A stretch of 64,000 bases of DNA, taken from Selaginella moellendorffii (Eukaryota; Plantae; Lycopodiophyta). The stretch is from assembly GCF_000143415.4 (NCBI RefSeq), contig NW_003314268.1, forward strand, positions 449,117-513,116. Direction: 5' to 3'. Position numbers and translations under genes: made by a program. Shown one piece after another: positions 51,101-63,335 of the stretch. Positions within the stretch are counted from its first letter, which is position 1; every line of letters begins with the position of its first letter. Under the pieces are notes generated by a model that saw nothing but the letters and a program-made list of their open reading frames with translations, was not told the DNA's origin and did no database searches.

Positions 51101-51390
51101 CTAACTCTTGCTTCATATTCACTTTCACAATTTCGCAATTTTGCACTTTGATTGGAGATTTAAAAACTTGAATCTCTTTACACTTGAAATGTTGCAAATC
51201 CCAATATTGTCCACCTTCACCCACACCCTCCAATTGTTCAATTACACCAATGTTGTTGCGAATCACAGCCTCCAATGAAGTAGAATTACGAGAAAGATTG
51301 AAACGTTGGTAAAGAAAACTTTCTGAAATAAAACTTTGGTAGAAAAAAAGCAGTGGATGATTTTGGTAATGTAGAAGAAAGCTCTCCATT
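48180..51390 (-). mobile_element. Decayed Mutator-like (MULE) transposase with GCM-like, DDE and SWIM domains
   Basis: WKIKTTN..CGGYLNCVNDAC..CQFC..CHAICEAKMYY..IYIGTH; WVHFDYMK; GCMADGAKANWN..ERTCEFHW (CxxH); WLEWW; NLSESK; YTCLDF..PCKHIYYIF; several stops. Confidence 0.8.
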
Positions 51391-51433
51391 TTGTTGCCTT
51401 TAGGTTTTGCAAGTTTGAACTTTTATGATAAGG

Positions 51434-51819
51434 TCTATCAGAAGTATAAAAAGATTATGTTGTTATACAATATTAAAAGTCCACATTGTCTTCTAATCTT
51501 TTTACTAGATTCAAAAATATGCTCAAAGTTAGAGTTAGAATGAAAAGAAATGTCACCTCAAATATGTGCTATGCCATTATGTGAAAAGTAAGAGTGATTT
51601 TATTCTAGGATCTAACATCGAATAATGTTGCTATAATAAATTCTATATGAAGTATAAAGAACTATGTTGTATAATATTAAAAGTTTGTATACATTGAATT
51701 CAAAAACATGCTCAAAGTTATTATATAGAGTAACTTTCGGTAGAATGGAAAGAAATATCACCTCAAGCATGTGCCATAATGTAAAAGATAGGAATGATTT
51801 TATTCTAGAATCTACCATC
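51434..51819. repeat. Diverged tandem duplication of about 200 bp upstream of the transposase
   Basis: gaagtataaa...atattaaaagt...tgctcaaagtta...tcacctcaa...tgattttattctag.atcta.catc at 51434-51619 and 51642-51819. Confidence 0.7.
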
Positions 51820-52389
51820 AACCATCTGTTGCCAAACAAATTAAATATTGTACATATTTTCAATACTCCATTAAAGTTAGAAATCATCACATTCTTTTGA
51901 ACTCATTTAAATATATTCCATCTTAGTACTACCATCTATCACTTATAGTAAATTATCTATTATATTGCTTTGGAAATAACACTTTATGATTTTAATAATC
52001 TTATATTTTCTAACAAGATTCTATGATGTGCAAGAAACACAATTCTCATTTTAATTTCATACTGTGATCAACTCAACACATGCGGCTGTGACATTATTTC
52101 CACATTATGGCATAGTCATATTAGAGCACACTTATTATTATATTATAACTCAAAAGGACTTTGTCACGTGATCAAATCTAGGACGGAATAGAAATTGTAC
52201 ATTGCTAGCAAATATTTGCAGAAAGAAATGAAGATTTATTGCATCCACAAAAAATGACTGTGATGAGCTGTTGACATTAGGGTTTTACAGAAAGTACAGT
52301 GGGAGATTGGGAGTGATTGTGGGATCTATCAATGTCAAACACAATGCTGCCAAGAGTAAGTCTTTTTTTTCTCCTCCACTCCCTCGTTA

Positions 52390-53210
52390 CTCCACCTCAA
52401 CACCAAGCACCATAGCACCCAGCACTGCCGCGCCACTGTGCCACAGTGTTGCCATGCTGCAGCTCCTAGTGCTGCCATGCTGCAGCACCCAGCGCTGCCG
52501 CACCCAGCGCCACCGAGCCCAATGCCCAGCACCGTCATGCTGGTGTGTGGTGATGTCTAAGGCATGCAGCCTAGTGCCGCAGTGCCCAGCACCACCAAGC
52601 CCAGCACCCAGCACCACCATGCCAGTGTGTGGTGATCTCTGGGACATGCGGCATGGCAACGTGCAGTGTGCTGCATGCCATAGCACGCTGCACAGGCTGC
52701 ACGGGCATAGCGCGCTGCATGGGCTGCACGGGCATATAGCACGCTGCACAGGCTGGTACGCTGGTGAACCAGCCCAGGCACTCAGCTGGGCACGATGATG
52801 CACGTCACACTGTACAGCGACACGCGGCATGCGGCACGGCGATGTGTGGTCTGCTGCATGGTGTCGCATGGTGCACCGCACATCACTGTGTGGCACACCG
52901 TGCGTCATTGGGCGGTGTGCCGCACGCCAACGCACGGCTCCCAATCCAGCAAAGCGCGGTGCTGGGCAGTGCAGGGTGGGCTGGTACACTAGCAAACTCG
53001 CCCTCACAGCCCAGCCCACACCAAGTGCTTGGGCCGGGCACTCTACATGGGCTTGCCAGGTTAGTGCAAGCACTCAGCTGGGCACTCTGCGTGGGCCAGC
53101 AAGGCAGTGTGGGGCAGGCTGGTATGCCAGCAAACCAGCCCATGTGACCTAGCCCACACCAAGTGCCCGAGCTGGGCACTCAGCCCAGCACTCAGCCTGG
53201 GGTGGGTCGG
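52390..53210. repeat. GC-rich low-complexity island of short direct and inverted motifs (CCAGCAC/GTGCTGG, GCACG, GCTGGGCAC)
   Basis: Sharp GC rise in AT-rich context; agcccacaccaagtgc...gggcactc repeated at about 53012 and 53151. Confidence 0.7.
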
Positions 53211-53211
53211 T

Positions 53212-53996
53212 ATCCTGGAGGATGTTGAGAATATGGTTATCTAGCAAAAGTGGGAGCATGTTTGTTAGAAAATCCATAGGCAACTGCTCAAGAGCACAAA
53301 CTTCATGCTCTTTGACATGCTTGATGGTCTTCCAGACATTAATGGCAATGTCCTAAGCTGGAACATCCTGACTAAAGACCACTTGAAGGATGCATTCCTT
53401 TTAGCAGCAATTCTCCTTCACACAACTGGTCAAGTTGTCTTCATTCTCCTGAATGACCCCCATTAGATGTTCTGCTTTATGAGGTATGCAACTCAAGTCA
53501 ATTTCAAGAGGTTTTCTTTCGGGTGCATCATGGATAGTGTTGGGGTTGAGACCAAAGGCATCCTAGGCATGCTAGAGAAGGTATGAAATCATCTTGTGTT
53601 TTGGGTTGTCTCTAAAGTCTTATTATTCAAGTTATGATGTGGACCTATCATATGTTTTGCAGAAAAGAAAATGAGGGTTTTCATGATAGCGAGTATACTG
53701 CACAAGTTTTGCCAGGGTATGATAGCTCTACTGACATCATACCAAATCTCGTAGATGACAACATCTGTAACACATTGTCTAGGTATCAGTTCCAATCTCC
53801 ATTGATGATGCATATCTTACTTGAGTTTTATTGCTCAACTAGGGGTGTTGTCATCAATTGCACAACAGGTAATGGTTCGATGGTTGAGGTAGCATGTGAC
53901 TTTGGTAAATTGGTGTTTACAATTGAAGAGTATAAATTCTTCAAATGCCATCTTAGAGGTTTTTGTTTTTCTTTATTAGTTGCTTCTGAGAGGTAA
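53212..53996 (+). pseudogene. Decayed beta-class N4-cytosine/N6-adenine DNA methyltransferase-like gene
   Basis: STNFMLFDMLDGLP..SWN..AFLLAAILLHTTGQVVFI, 50-nt intron 53581-53630 (acceptor reads AA), YQFQSPLMMHILLEFYCSTRGVVINCTTGNGSMVEVACDFGKLVFTIEE; three TAG stops. Confidence 0.6.
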
Positions 53997-54399
53997 TTTA
54001 TGATGTTCAAAAAACTTATATACAATATATATTTAGTTTTCTAGAAGTCTTCTTAGGTATGCATGGCACAACATATGCAATGTGTAAATTGAGGAGTGGT
54101 ATGAAAAATCTATTTATCAATGATACATTAAAAAACAATTGAATGCATCCACTTGCAATGAGAAGTGTGTCACATGTCAATATAATAATGATAGTGACAG
54201 CGACTATGTCAATGTCAGAGATAGTGATAGGGTTAGTGACAGAGATAGTGTTAGAGATAGTTATAGTGTCAGTTTGTCAAATTTCATAATTACTAGTATT
54301 ATGAGTTAATTATCTATAGGTAAAACCATTTTTTTAATTAAAAAAAGGCGAGAGGGGGGAGATGGATAATATCATAGTGTAAGAATTATTAGTAGCTAG

Positions 54400-55680
54400 A
54401 ATTTTCAATAGGATGGCCTAAAAATACCATATTTAACACTTGTGGATGTAGTATTTACTAACATAATATTATTCCTCACCATAAAGTGGTAATGGTTGTG
54501 TGTTATTAACTCTTTCTTGATTTTCTTATACATGCATTTGTGCACACCTTCCATACCAATTCTTGGGTAGTTGTGATAGTGTTCTAGAAAAGTTTCTAGA
54601 CTTATATAACCTTTTGTTTTATCTAAATAAAAGTAGTAGATGGGACACTAAAGATAATATGTGCTCATTCTTTCAAAAGTTTCAGCTATATCTAAAGCAA
54701 GATCTTGAAGAAACATTTGGCATTGCTTTTAAAGCACATGAGGCAATCCATCTTTAGTAGCAATATCTAGAACTGGAAGAGGGATCTTTTATTCAATCAC
54801 ACTTGGGGTTATAAAAAAAAAAAGCCTCACAATGATTGTTATGTGGAGGGAAGGGTGGAATGTTGGTAGAAGTTAGAGATGGAGATGGAGATTTACATGA
54901 AATGCATGGGGGCCAAGTGCGAGTAGCAATAACATTCTCGCTAGCCAAGAAAAAATCTAGGGGTTTTTTAAAGTTTAGATTGTCAGTCTCAAAAATGGGA
55001 CTTCAAAATTATAATAGTGTCAGAACCACTTGTATATATAATAATATCTTTATATATGCTAAAATATTATCATTCTTGAAAATATAAGATTTTCACTTTA
55101 CTTATAATAAATTAAACTTTTGAAAAAACTATGCATGACTTTCATACTACATTAAAGAGTGGCCTAAATATCCCGTATTCAACACTCATTGATGCAATTT
55201 TTACCAATAGAATATTGTTTTTCACCATGAAATCATAATAGCTATATATTTTTAATTCTTTCTTGATTTTCTTATACATCCACACATGCACACCTTCCAA
55301 ACCCACTCTTGGGCATTTATGACAATGCTCAATAAAATTTTGCAACCATTTTTATTGTTTAAATAAAAGTTGTATATAGGACACCAAAAATAATATATAT
55401 TTACATCAAGCTCTCCTGCCATATCTAGAGCAAAATCTTGAAAAAAATATTGACATCGTTTTTGGAGTATTGGAGGTAATCCAGCTCTTTTCACAACATC
55501 ATAAGGAAGGAATTTTTATTTAGTTGCATTTGAGGTTGCAAATGGAAAAGCTTTATAATAGCCCTCAAAATGAAAAAGAGGATTATTGCGTAAGTGAAGG
55601 TGGATTATTGGTTGAGATTGGAAATAGAGGTGGAGACTTATATGAGAGGCCTCTGAGACCAAAAGTAAACTTCTTCTTAA
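54400..55680 (-). pseudogene. Two diverged tandem remnants of an unidentified coding sequence, period about 750 bp
   Basis: Both encode GLP..L.K.CQ.F.QD.ALD.A...YY..CPIY.FYL and WKVC...CIRKSRK with stops and frameshifts. Confidence 0.5.
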
Positions 55681-55685
55681 CTAGT

Positions 55686-55785
55686 NNNNNNNNNNNNNNN
55701 NNNNNNNNNNNNNNNNNNNNNNNNNNNNNNNNNNNNNNNNNNNNNNNNNNNNNNNNNNNNNNNNNNNNNNNNNNNNNNNNNNNNN
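55686..55785. other. Assembly gap (100 N)
   Basis: Run of N. Confidence 0.99.
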
Positions 55786-57433
55786 ACATCTACTATGAGA
55801 GCAAGTGGCTATAGAGTTCAAGAAGCTAAAAATTAGCACATAATTTAATATATAGCCTTATTTTATATAGTTGGCCTGCCATATATAATAATGGCAAACA
55901 CACACGAGCACACAAACATGCATTTTTGCAAGATTACCTTTTAATCTAAAAAATATATGTAGATTTAACTCTTTGATTTGTCCACATCATATATACTACA
56001 CACTTATACTCTTTGCAAGATAAAATATATCAAGAGGAATAAGATCTATATAAAAAAATTACTTTTCTTTATAATATTTTAGTGGATTACAAAAGCCATT
56101 GAAAGTTTTATAGAATGGATTTATTAATGCTTTTTGCTATACTATCCATCTCTTCTTTTTTCTTACTCTGAACTATTGTTTTGAAAGTAACAAAAACATT
56201 TTTATTAATAGTGACAGTGGTTTCCACATTTTCGGATGGGTAATAAAGACCAAAAGTGTAATATAGAAACTGTGGTAGTGAAATAAAATTAACATGCTCA
56301 CATTTCTGTATACTAGAACTACTTATAGATTTTTTGTTTTCCTTGCTTCCCATTTCTGTAAACCTTAAAGAATGAATGAGTGAATCAATGTTTTGAATTA
56401 TTTATATATTTTTGGTCAATTTTTGAAATGTACAATAGAAATTTCAAGTTCATTTAAACTTCAATATTCTTATTTTTATTTGGGACCAATAAAGCCCAAA
56501 ACTTTCTATAGGTTCAGATGAACTTCTAATTCTAGAAAGAGTATTTTATTATATAAATTGCATTAGAAAGATTCAAAAACTAGAAATTTCTCTAAACCAT
56601 TGACAAATAAATTCATGAATTTCAAGTTCACCAAAGAGTAACATTTTTCTAACTTAACATTTCTTTATAAGACTTATGGTTGACTATGTTGACTAGCATT
56701 GACTTGAGATGAATTGAGCTCAATTTGTGAACTCAACTTAAGTTTGGACTATCCCCGCTTAAAAGGAGAGAGATAAAGTGTGTAACAGTATGTAATATTT
56801 GTAAAGTGTTGGATCAACTATAAAAAGTTGGTATGAAGCTAAAGCAGTTAAAGTGTGTATATGGGTCCAAAGACATGATTTATCTTAAGCACTATATGTC
56901 TTGTAAAGGTTTGCAAGTTGATTATGATAAAATTATGGCTATTTTGAAATTCTTTACTTCGAAATGTGTGAATAATATATAATGCTTCCTTGGCAAGATG
57001 AAATATCTCAATTGTTTTATTAATCATCTTTTTTTTTATCATATTGCATCATTGTAAACATTACTAAAGTCATCTATATTGTCTTTCAGCTAATCTAAGG
57101 ACTATAAACATACATTTATTAATCTTAAAGAGGTGTTGATAATTCCTCCAATTTTGGATATACTACACTCTATCTCTCTCCCTTTAAGCTAATTAGAAAA
57201 AGGGCAATTACTTGATAAGAGAGTTGTTAGTGGATATTTATCCCCATTTATCTCTTAAGGCTAGACAATGATAGTATATCTACATTTTATCCCATAATTA
57301 CATGCATTACACTCAACCCCCTTTAAAGCTGTCAATATCTTCATTAACTATTGATTAATAGCCCCTACTAAATCAAGAGGAAACCACCTTCATTTTCACA
57401 CTAAATTTATCCTTTATCAACCAACTTCTCAAG

Positions 57434-59230
57434 TTGGCATTTGAGCTTCTTGAGTTTTTAGTGATGCCCTTTAAGTTATGTAATGCACCAACAATATTTT
57501 TAGTGCTAATGAACTACATCTTTGTATTTTATTTGGATCATTTTATGGTCGTCTATATTGATGACATCTTAATCTATAGTGAAATGCTAAAGGAGTATGC
57601 TAAACATCTAACAAAAGTGTTTAAGACACTAATAAAACATAAGTTGTACACTAAAGAGAGCAAATGTGACTTTGCTCAACAAAAGTTAAAGTTTCTCGGG
57701 CATGTAATGGGAAAGGATAGGCTTAAAGTGGACCCCAAGAAGGTCCAAACGATTCAAAAATAGGAATAATCATTGAATATACACAAGTTAAGAGTGTTTT
57801 TAGGGCTATGCAACTATTATAAAAAATTTATCAAACATTATTCAATGGTAGCCCTACCTTTAACAGACCAAATGGGAAAAAAAAAGATGGTATGAATAGT
57901 AGAATGTAAACTGGCATTTGTCCATCTCAAAAGGAAATTGAGAAAGGCTATTATATTAGCATTACTAAATTTTGGTAAAGACTTCAAGGTAGAAATGGAT
58001 GTCTTAGATTTTGCATTAGGCACAATGTTAAGACAAAACAATCACTTAGTAGTGTTTTTTTTGAAAAAGTTGGACAAAGCTTAGTGTAGGTGGCCTTCCT
58101 ATAAAAAGGAATTGTTTACAATGGTTAAGACATTTAAGGAGTAGTGACACTACCTTAGAAGGCACTTTAAGGTATACACAAATAATGTGGCAATGAAGCA
58201 CTTTTTGTCACAGCACGACATTCAAGGAAAATAGGGTCAATGGGCTAATGCTTTGGCTGAGTTCAATTGGAAGAATCTATATAAACCTAGGAAGAGCAAT
58301 GTCGTGAAACAAGTTTGAAGTTAGCAATGTCTAGCACAACAACAACCTTATAGAATAATGTGTGAATAGTGTATGAGGAAGATGGTTTAGGATAAGAAGT
58401 GTTGTTAAGGAACCAAGAAGTGTGAGATGCTCACTAGAGAGGCAAGCCACCTAAAGAAGAGAAAATTAGTTATGTGAAATATATGAAATCACTTACTATA
58501 AGCAAATGAAGATGTATGTCCCAAAATGGAAATTAAGAAAAATGGCTTTAGAAAAGTGTCATGATAAAATTTTTATAGGACATGGTAGAGTGCCCGAGAC
58601 AATGGGCTTATTCAAGAAAAAGTACATTAGTCAAATATAGCTAATGATGTTCAAGACTATGTAAAGACATATCAACAGATAAAGCTGTGACCAAAGCTTG
58701 TGAGGGTTTATTACAAAGCCTTCCAATTTCTAATCATTTGTGGAAATGTCTTATGATGGACTTCATTATGAGATTCCCCCCAAGTGAGGGGTTTAATGTG
58801 ATATTCATGGTGGTGGACTGAAATGGCATATTTCATGCTCACCACAACAAAAATGGATGTGAAAGGTGTAGTAAAACTTTTTTGTAAACAAGTGGTTTAA
58901 GTGTAGGAAAGGCCAAAAGAAATCATTTTAAATTCAGATAAGATTGTCACCAACAAGTTTTGGAGAACTCTCTTGAAGTAATATCAAACCAAGTTGAAAT
59001 TCAACATATCCTATCCCCCATAGACAGGTAATAAGTATCAGGTTAAATATAATGGTAATAACACTTCTTGACAAATAAGTAAATGAAAAGGGTGAATAAG
59101 CAATTGGAAAATTATTTGCAATACTATGTCTCTAGAGACTAGATCGATTAGGTAAATCATTTAAGACTTGCAAAAATATTCTATAAAAACTCATTACATT
59201 CAAGTATGAAAATGAGTCCATAGGAAGTCA
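57434..59230 (+). mobile_element. Decayed Ty3/gypsy LTR retrotransposon pol (RT, RNase H, integrase)
   Basis: EFLVMPFKLCNAP, VVYIDDILIYS, FLGHV, VDPKKV, FKVEMDVLDFALG, YKKELF, CHD..GHG, LLQSLPI..W..LMMDFI..FMVVD; many stops. Confidence 0.9.
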
Positions 59231-59526
59231 TCAATTGGCAAGCCATAATGTAAAACTCGGCATGGTTGAGTACTATAGAGAGTTACTCGCAATTGAAGCA
59301 TTCAAGGTAGAAAGATTTAATATTTAGAATCTAGTGAGGGATTTCTTGAAACAGGCTCAACAAAGGTAGAGAGTTTCAAAAGTATAATAATATCCCTTTC
59401 TTTCGAAAGGATAAAAAGTAATTAAAGTCTTTTTGTTAATAAGTTGGGATCTAAAAGAACAATAGTTGGAAGCACTAGTGAATCTGTAGATAGTACAACT
59501 TGCTCTTAATCCCTTTATATGAAATG

Positions 59527-59527
<1 letters not shown>

Positions 59528-59572
<45 letters not shown>
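59528..59572. repeat. (TA)n microsatellite
   Basis: Perfect TA run. Confidence 0.95.
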
Positions 59573-59575
<3 letters not shown>

Positions 59576-60523
59576 GAAGATTATGATATTGCATATCATG
59601 CCAAACCTTATAAATTTGCTCTAACATACCACAACATTTGATACAATCCTTTTTGTTGCACAAAGAGCTCTTTAGACAAACTATAAGAATGAGAAAACAA
59701 GCCAACATTTCATAGATAGATAATAATGAGAGTTATAGTCTTATTGTTGTCCCATTTTTATGCAGCCCAAATATTCAATAAATTTTGCTCAAACAAGTGA
59801 AAAAATGCTCATCAAATATTGATCCTAGAATCTAGCATTAGCATTATGAAAGTAATCTTAACTCTATTAGTAATATATAATCATAACTATAAAAGTTTAT
59901 ATGGTAAAACATCAATAGAAATTTACACCTTATGATATATGCATATTGAAGAGATAACTCTAGATAAGAAGTCAAAGTTGAAAAGATCAACATACTCATT
60001 GAGCCGATCAACAATTATAACATAAATATTGTTTAAAAGATTTGAAGAGAGAATAAAAGAGCAAGAAGGGAACACAATAGGAAATAATAAGGAGATAAAA
60101 GGAATGGAAGTAAAAGTAAAAGTAAAGAAATAAAGTGGAACAAAAGTGAAAGAAATGGAAGAGAGATATATAAAATAAAAGGGAAGTCTCAAAACTACAT
60201 TTGATATGATTGCATTGTAACCAATCTATACCAAAAATAAAGTTAAAAGCTTCATTTGGCAAAAGATTAAAACTCAACCTCAAGATTATGAGACACAAAT
60301 CCCTAAGCTCTAAAGTGGAGCCAAAAGGGTGCCATATAGTAGTGGCCAAAGAAAAAGCCAAATAAACATAATATGTGAACTAAAAGCTCTAACTTGAAAA
60401 GTCAAGAGTAGAAGTGGAACTCTCAACAAAATACTTGAGGAATAAGTACGAAACAATCAATAAGCGAGTCTCTAGAAAAGGGACATAAAAGGATTAACAT
60501 ATGACACGTGGAAGTGTCAAGAT

Positions 60524-60815
60524 TAAGTCCAAGATGGATCTAAGATGGAGTTCTAAAAGAACCCAAGATGGAGTCCAAGATAAAGTCTAAGAAGGAGTCT
60601 GAAATAGACCTGAGATGAAGTTCAAGATGGAATCCTAGATGGACCTAAGATGGAGTCCAAAATGAATTTTGATATGGACCCGAAATGGAGTCCGAGATGG
60701 AGTCCAAGACTGAGACTAAAGCTAAGATTGAGACCAAGACTGAGACCAAGACTGAGTCTAAGCTCAAGACTGAGACTGAAACCAAGTTCAAGTCCAAGTC
60801 TAAGACCGAGACCAA
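60524..60815. repeat. Degenerate minisatellite: 12-mer GATGGAGTCCAA grading into 6-mer GACTGA/GACCAA
   Basis: Visible 12- and 6-bp periodicity, followed by a G-run at about 60871-60885. Confidence 0.8.
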
Positions 60816-62739
60816 ATTTAAATACTAATACAAGCTATAGAGTGAAAGCCCAAAGTGAACATCCCCCAAAAGGAGGGGGGGGGGGCTGCAAAGGGTTCCA
60901 AAAGTATAATAAAGAGAGTGTGGGACTTTAGTGAAACTAGTTTGGCTTAATGTAACTTATATTATACCTTATACCCACATGTTAAGTGATGATATAATTA
61001 CTAAAGAATCCAAAGCTAAAGTGAATATAGATAAATAAGTGGGGTAGCTTAGTGAAATATTCAAGAGTTAGCTCTACCTCCCCTAGAAGATTGAATAGTC
61101 GATACTCCCAATCCAAGTAGATATTTAAATATTTAATGTAGCTCATCAAAACCTTGCTCTAACTATATAACTAAGGCACCTAAGGGTGTAAGATGAAGAG
61201 AGTACCCACATGGAAAGGGATATGGTGGGGATTGAAAAAAGAACATTGGAGAAGGGTGTTTCTAATGTCTTTAGGCATCTTAAAAATGTTAAAGTGTAGT
61301 CTTGGGGACAAATGGCTTAGTCTTTAAAAAATGAAACTATGGCATAAATGATTTTGGGTTATTAATGAGATAATGGTAAATGAATATAGCCTTAGTGTAA
61401 TGGGCTGATATATTAGTGGTACCTTTAGGGTGTCTATCATGGGATTAGACACATAGAGCACTTAGACCAAGTGCAAAGGCTGAATAACATACATGCCATT
61501 CACGGGGTTAATATACCCTAAATTGGGAATAAGATTTATAAAAGTTGTGAGTGAGACTCTTCTAAGTGGTCAAAGATGTGGTTAAGTGATTAAAGTAAAA
61601 TGGAAATTTTAGTCATTTACAAAGATCACCTATATATATATAGTTAAGTTTGCTTTATCACACACACATATATAATTGTTGCCATATAGAATGAAGATTA
61701 CCTTTACCATATAACACAAAAGTGGATGGTAATAAACCAAGTAATAGAAATAAACTTAAACACATATTGACTAACATAAAGAGAATTATAGGGAAATTTT
61801 TGTCATAAAAATAATTAATGCCCAATGAACCTTTTGATAGTATTTCCAAAAAATGGATAAAGGGGTTATTGACTTATTTGCACAAGGACCCTTTATTACT
61901 TATACAACTCTTCATCTTTAAAAGAATCTCTATGTTAAAACCTTTTATTGCAACAAAATATTATTGATGCCAAAACCTCTATGTAGGAAATGGAGGATGC
62001 TAATTTAAGAAATGTTGACAATGCTAATATGTATAACCAACTTCATCACATATTTAATAGTAAATATCATAGCCAAGACCACATCCATATCCATGTTCTC
62101 ATTTTTCATCTTTTACAAAAAGTGGAGTTAAAGTACATATAAGTACAAGTAGAAGAGGTAATGTTTTATAATGCTATGTTAGCAGAAGAGTATTGTTAAG
62201 GGTGGGTGGGACAAGTGTATATATAAGACCTATAAAATTTTGATAAAGTGATGTTTACAACATGCCCAATTTGATATGCTCTGACATATTTAGCTTTATA
62301 TAAAGCAAAAGGCTTTAGAAGAAAATATTAAATTACAAAATTAACTCAAATGGCCTTTGATAGAAATGATGTAATTGTTAGAAAGCATATTCATTATCGT
62401 TAACATGTCTATACACAAGCATAAAAATCTTTAGGAAAAAGTTTCAATCTATATAAGTGGCTGCACTCAAACCATTATACCACTACAATTATATCCCTTA
62501 AAAGTATTTGGGAAACTTATGTAGACACTAAGCATCATCCTAAAAATGAAAGATGGTAATCACAATAAAGTGATCGAACCAAATATATTAACATCAATTC
62601 TACTAACTCAAAATGTAACCTTAAGTTTCTAATGTGCTTTATTTTTGAGCCTAAACATAAACTCAAACAAATGATATATCTCAATCCATATAATAAACCC
62701 ATGAAACAACCAAAAAGAAAATAAAAAACAACAAAGAGA

Positions 62740-62741
<2 letters not shown>

Positions 62742-62797
<56 letters not shown>
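62742..62797. repeat. (TA)n microsatellite
   Basis: Perfect AT run. Confidence 0.95.
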
Positions 62798-62799
<2 letters not shown>

Positions 62800-63049
62800 A
62801 TTTCAAAGAAATTAATTAATTAATTAAAATTAATTAAAATTTTGAAAGTTATATAGCTAGAAAAGTGGACATCATAATTTTTGTAGTGGACTGTAGGTGA
62901 AAATTGAGAAAAATAAGTAATATATATGAAAAATTACTATTATATTATCATGGAGCATATTTATTATATAGTTTATATGACAAGCAAGATTTTATATTAT
63001 TATTCATATACTTCATAGATCAAGTAGATTATTGATTTCTATTAATATA

Positions 63050-63335
63050 TTAAAACATGCAAAGATGACTTTAAAACATGTATATATAAAAATAAACTTT
63101 CAGTTTTATTATTAATCTACTTGTTTAAATTTTGAAAATCATAATAGCTTCACATTATATCTTTAACAAAAACTAAATTCCCATTATTTTAAAATTCAGT
63201 TAAACAAGTTCTTAAAGAAATATGATGTGAATAAAACATTTTCGTTTTTTAAATTTTTTTTAAAAAAATTAATAAAAAATCTAAGCTCCTCCTTGAAATT
63301 TTATCTGTACTATCACATAATATTCTTTATGTTTT
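63050..63335 (-). pseudogene. Decayed paralog fragment of the AT-rich B-lectin gene
   Basis: Minus strand reads SYFFKNLFN*ILK / NGNLVF versus SYSFMNLFDCILKLQNNGNLVL; aaaactaaattcccattatttt is shared with 38172-38193. Confidence 0.6.

Noticed and set aside
52271-53179. Overlapping 100-228 aa ORFs on both strands
   Set aside because: By-product of a GC-rich low-complexity repeat; Ala/His/Cys-biased, no domain signal
60650-60931. 93-aa RLRPRL-rich ORF
   Set aside because: Translation of the minisatellite
61860-62360. Stop-riddled coding-like stretch
   Set aside because: No family motif recognised
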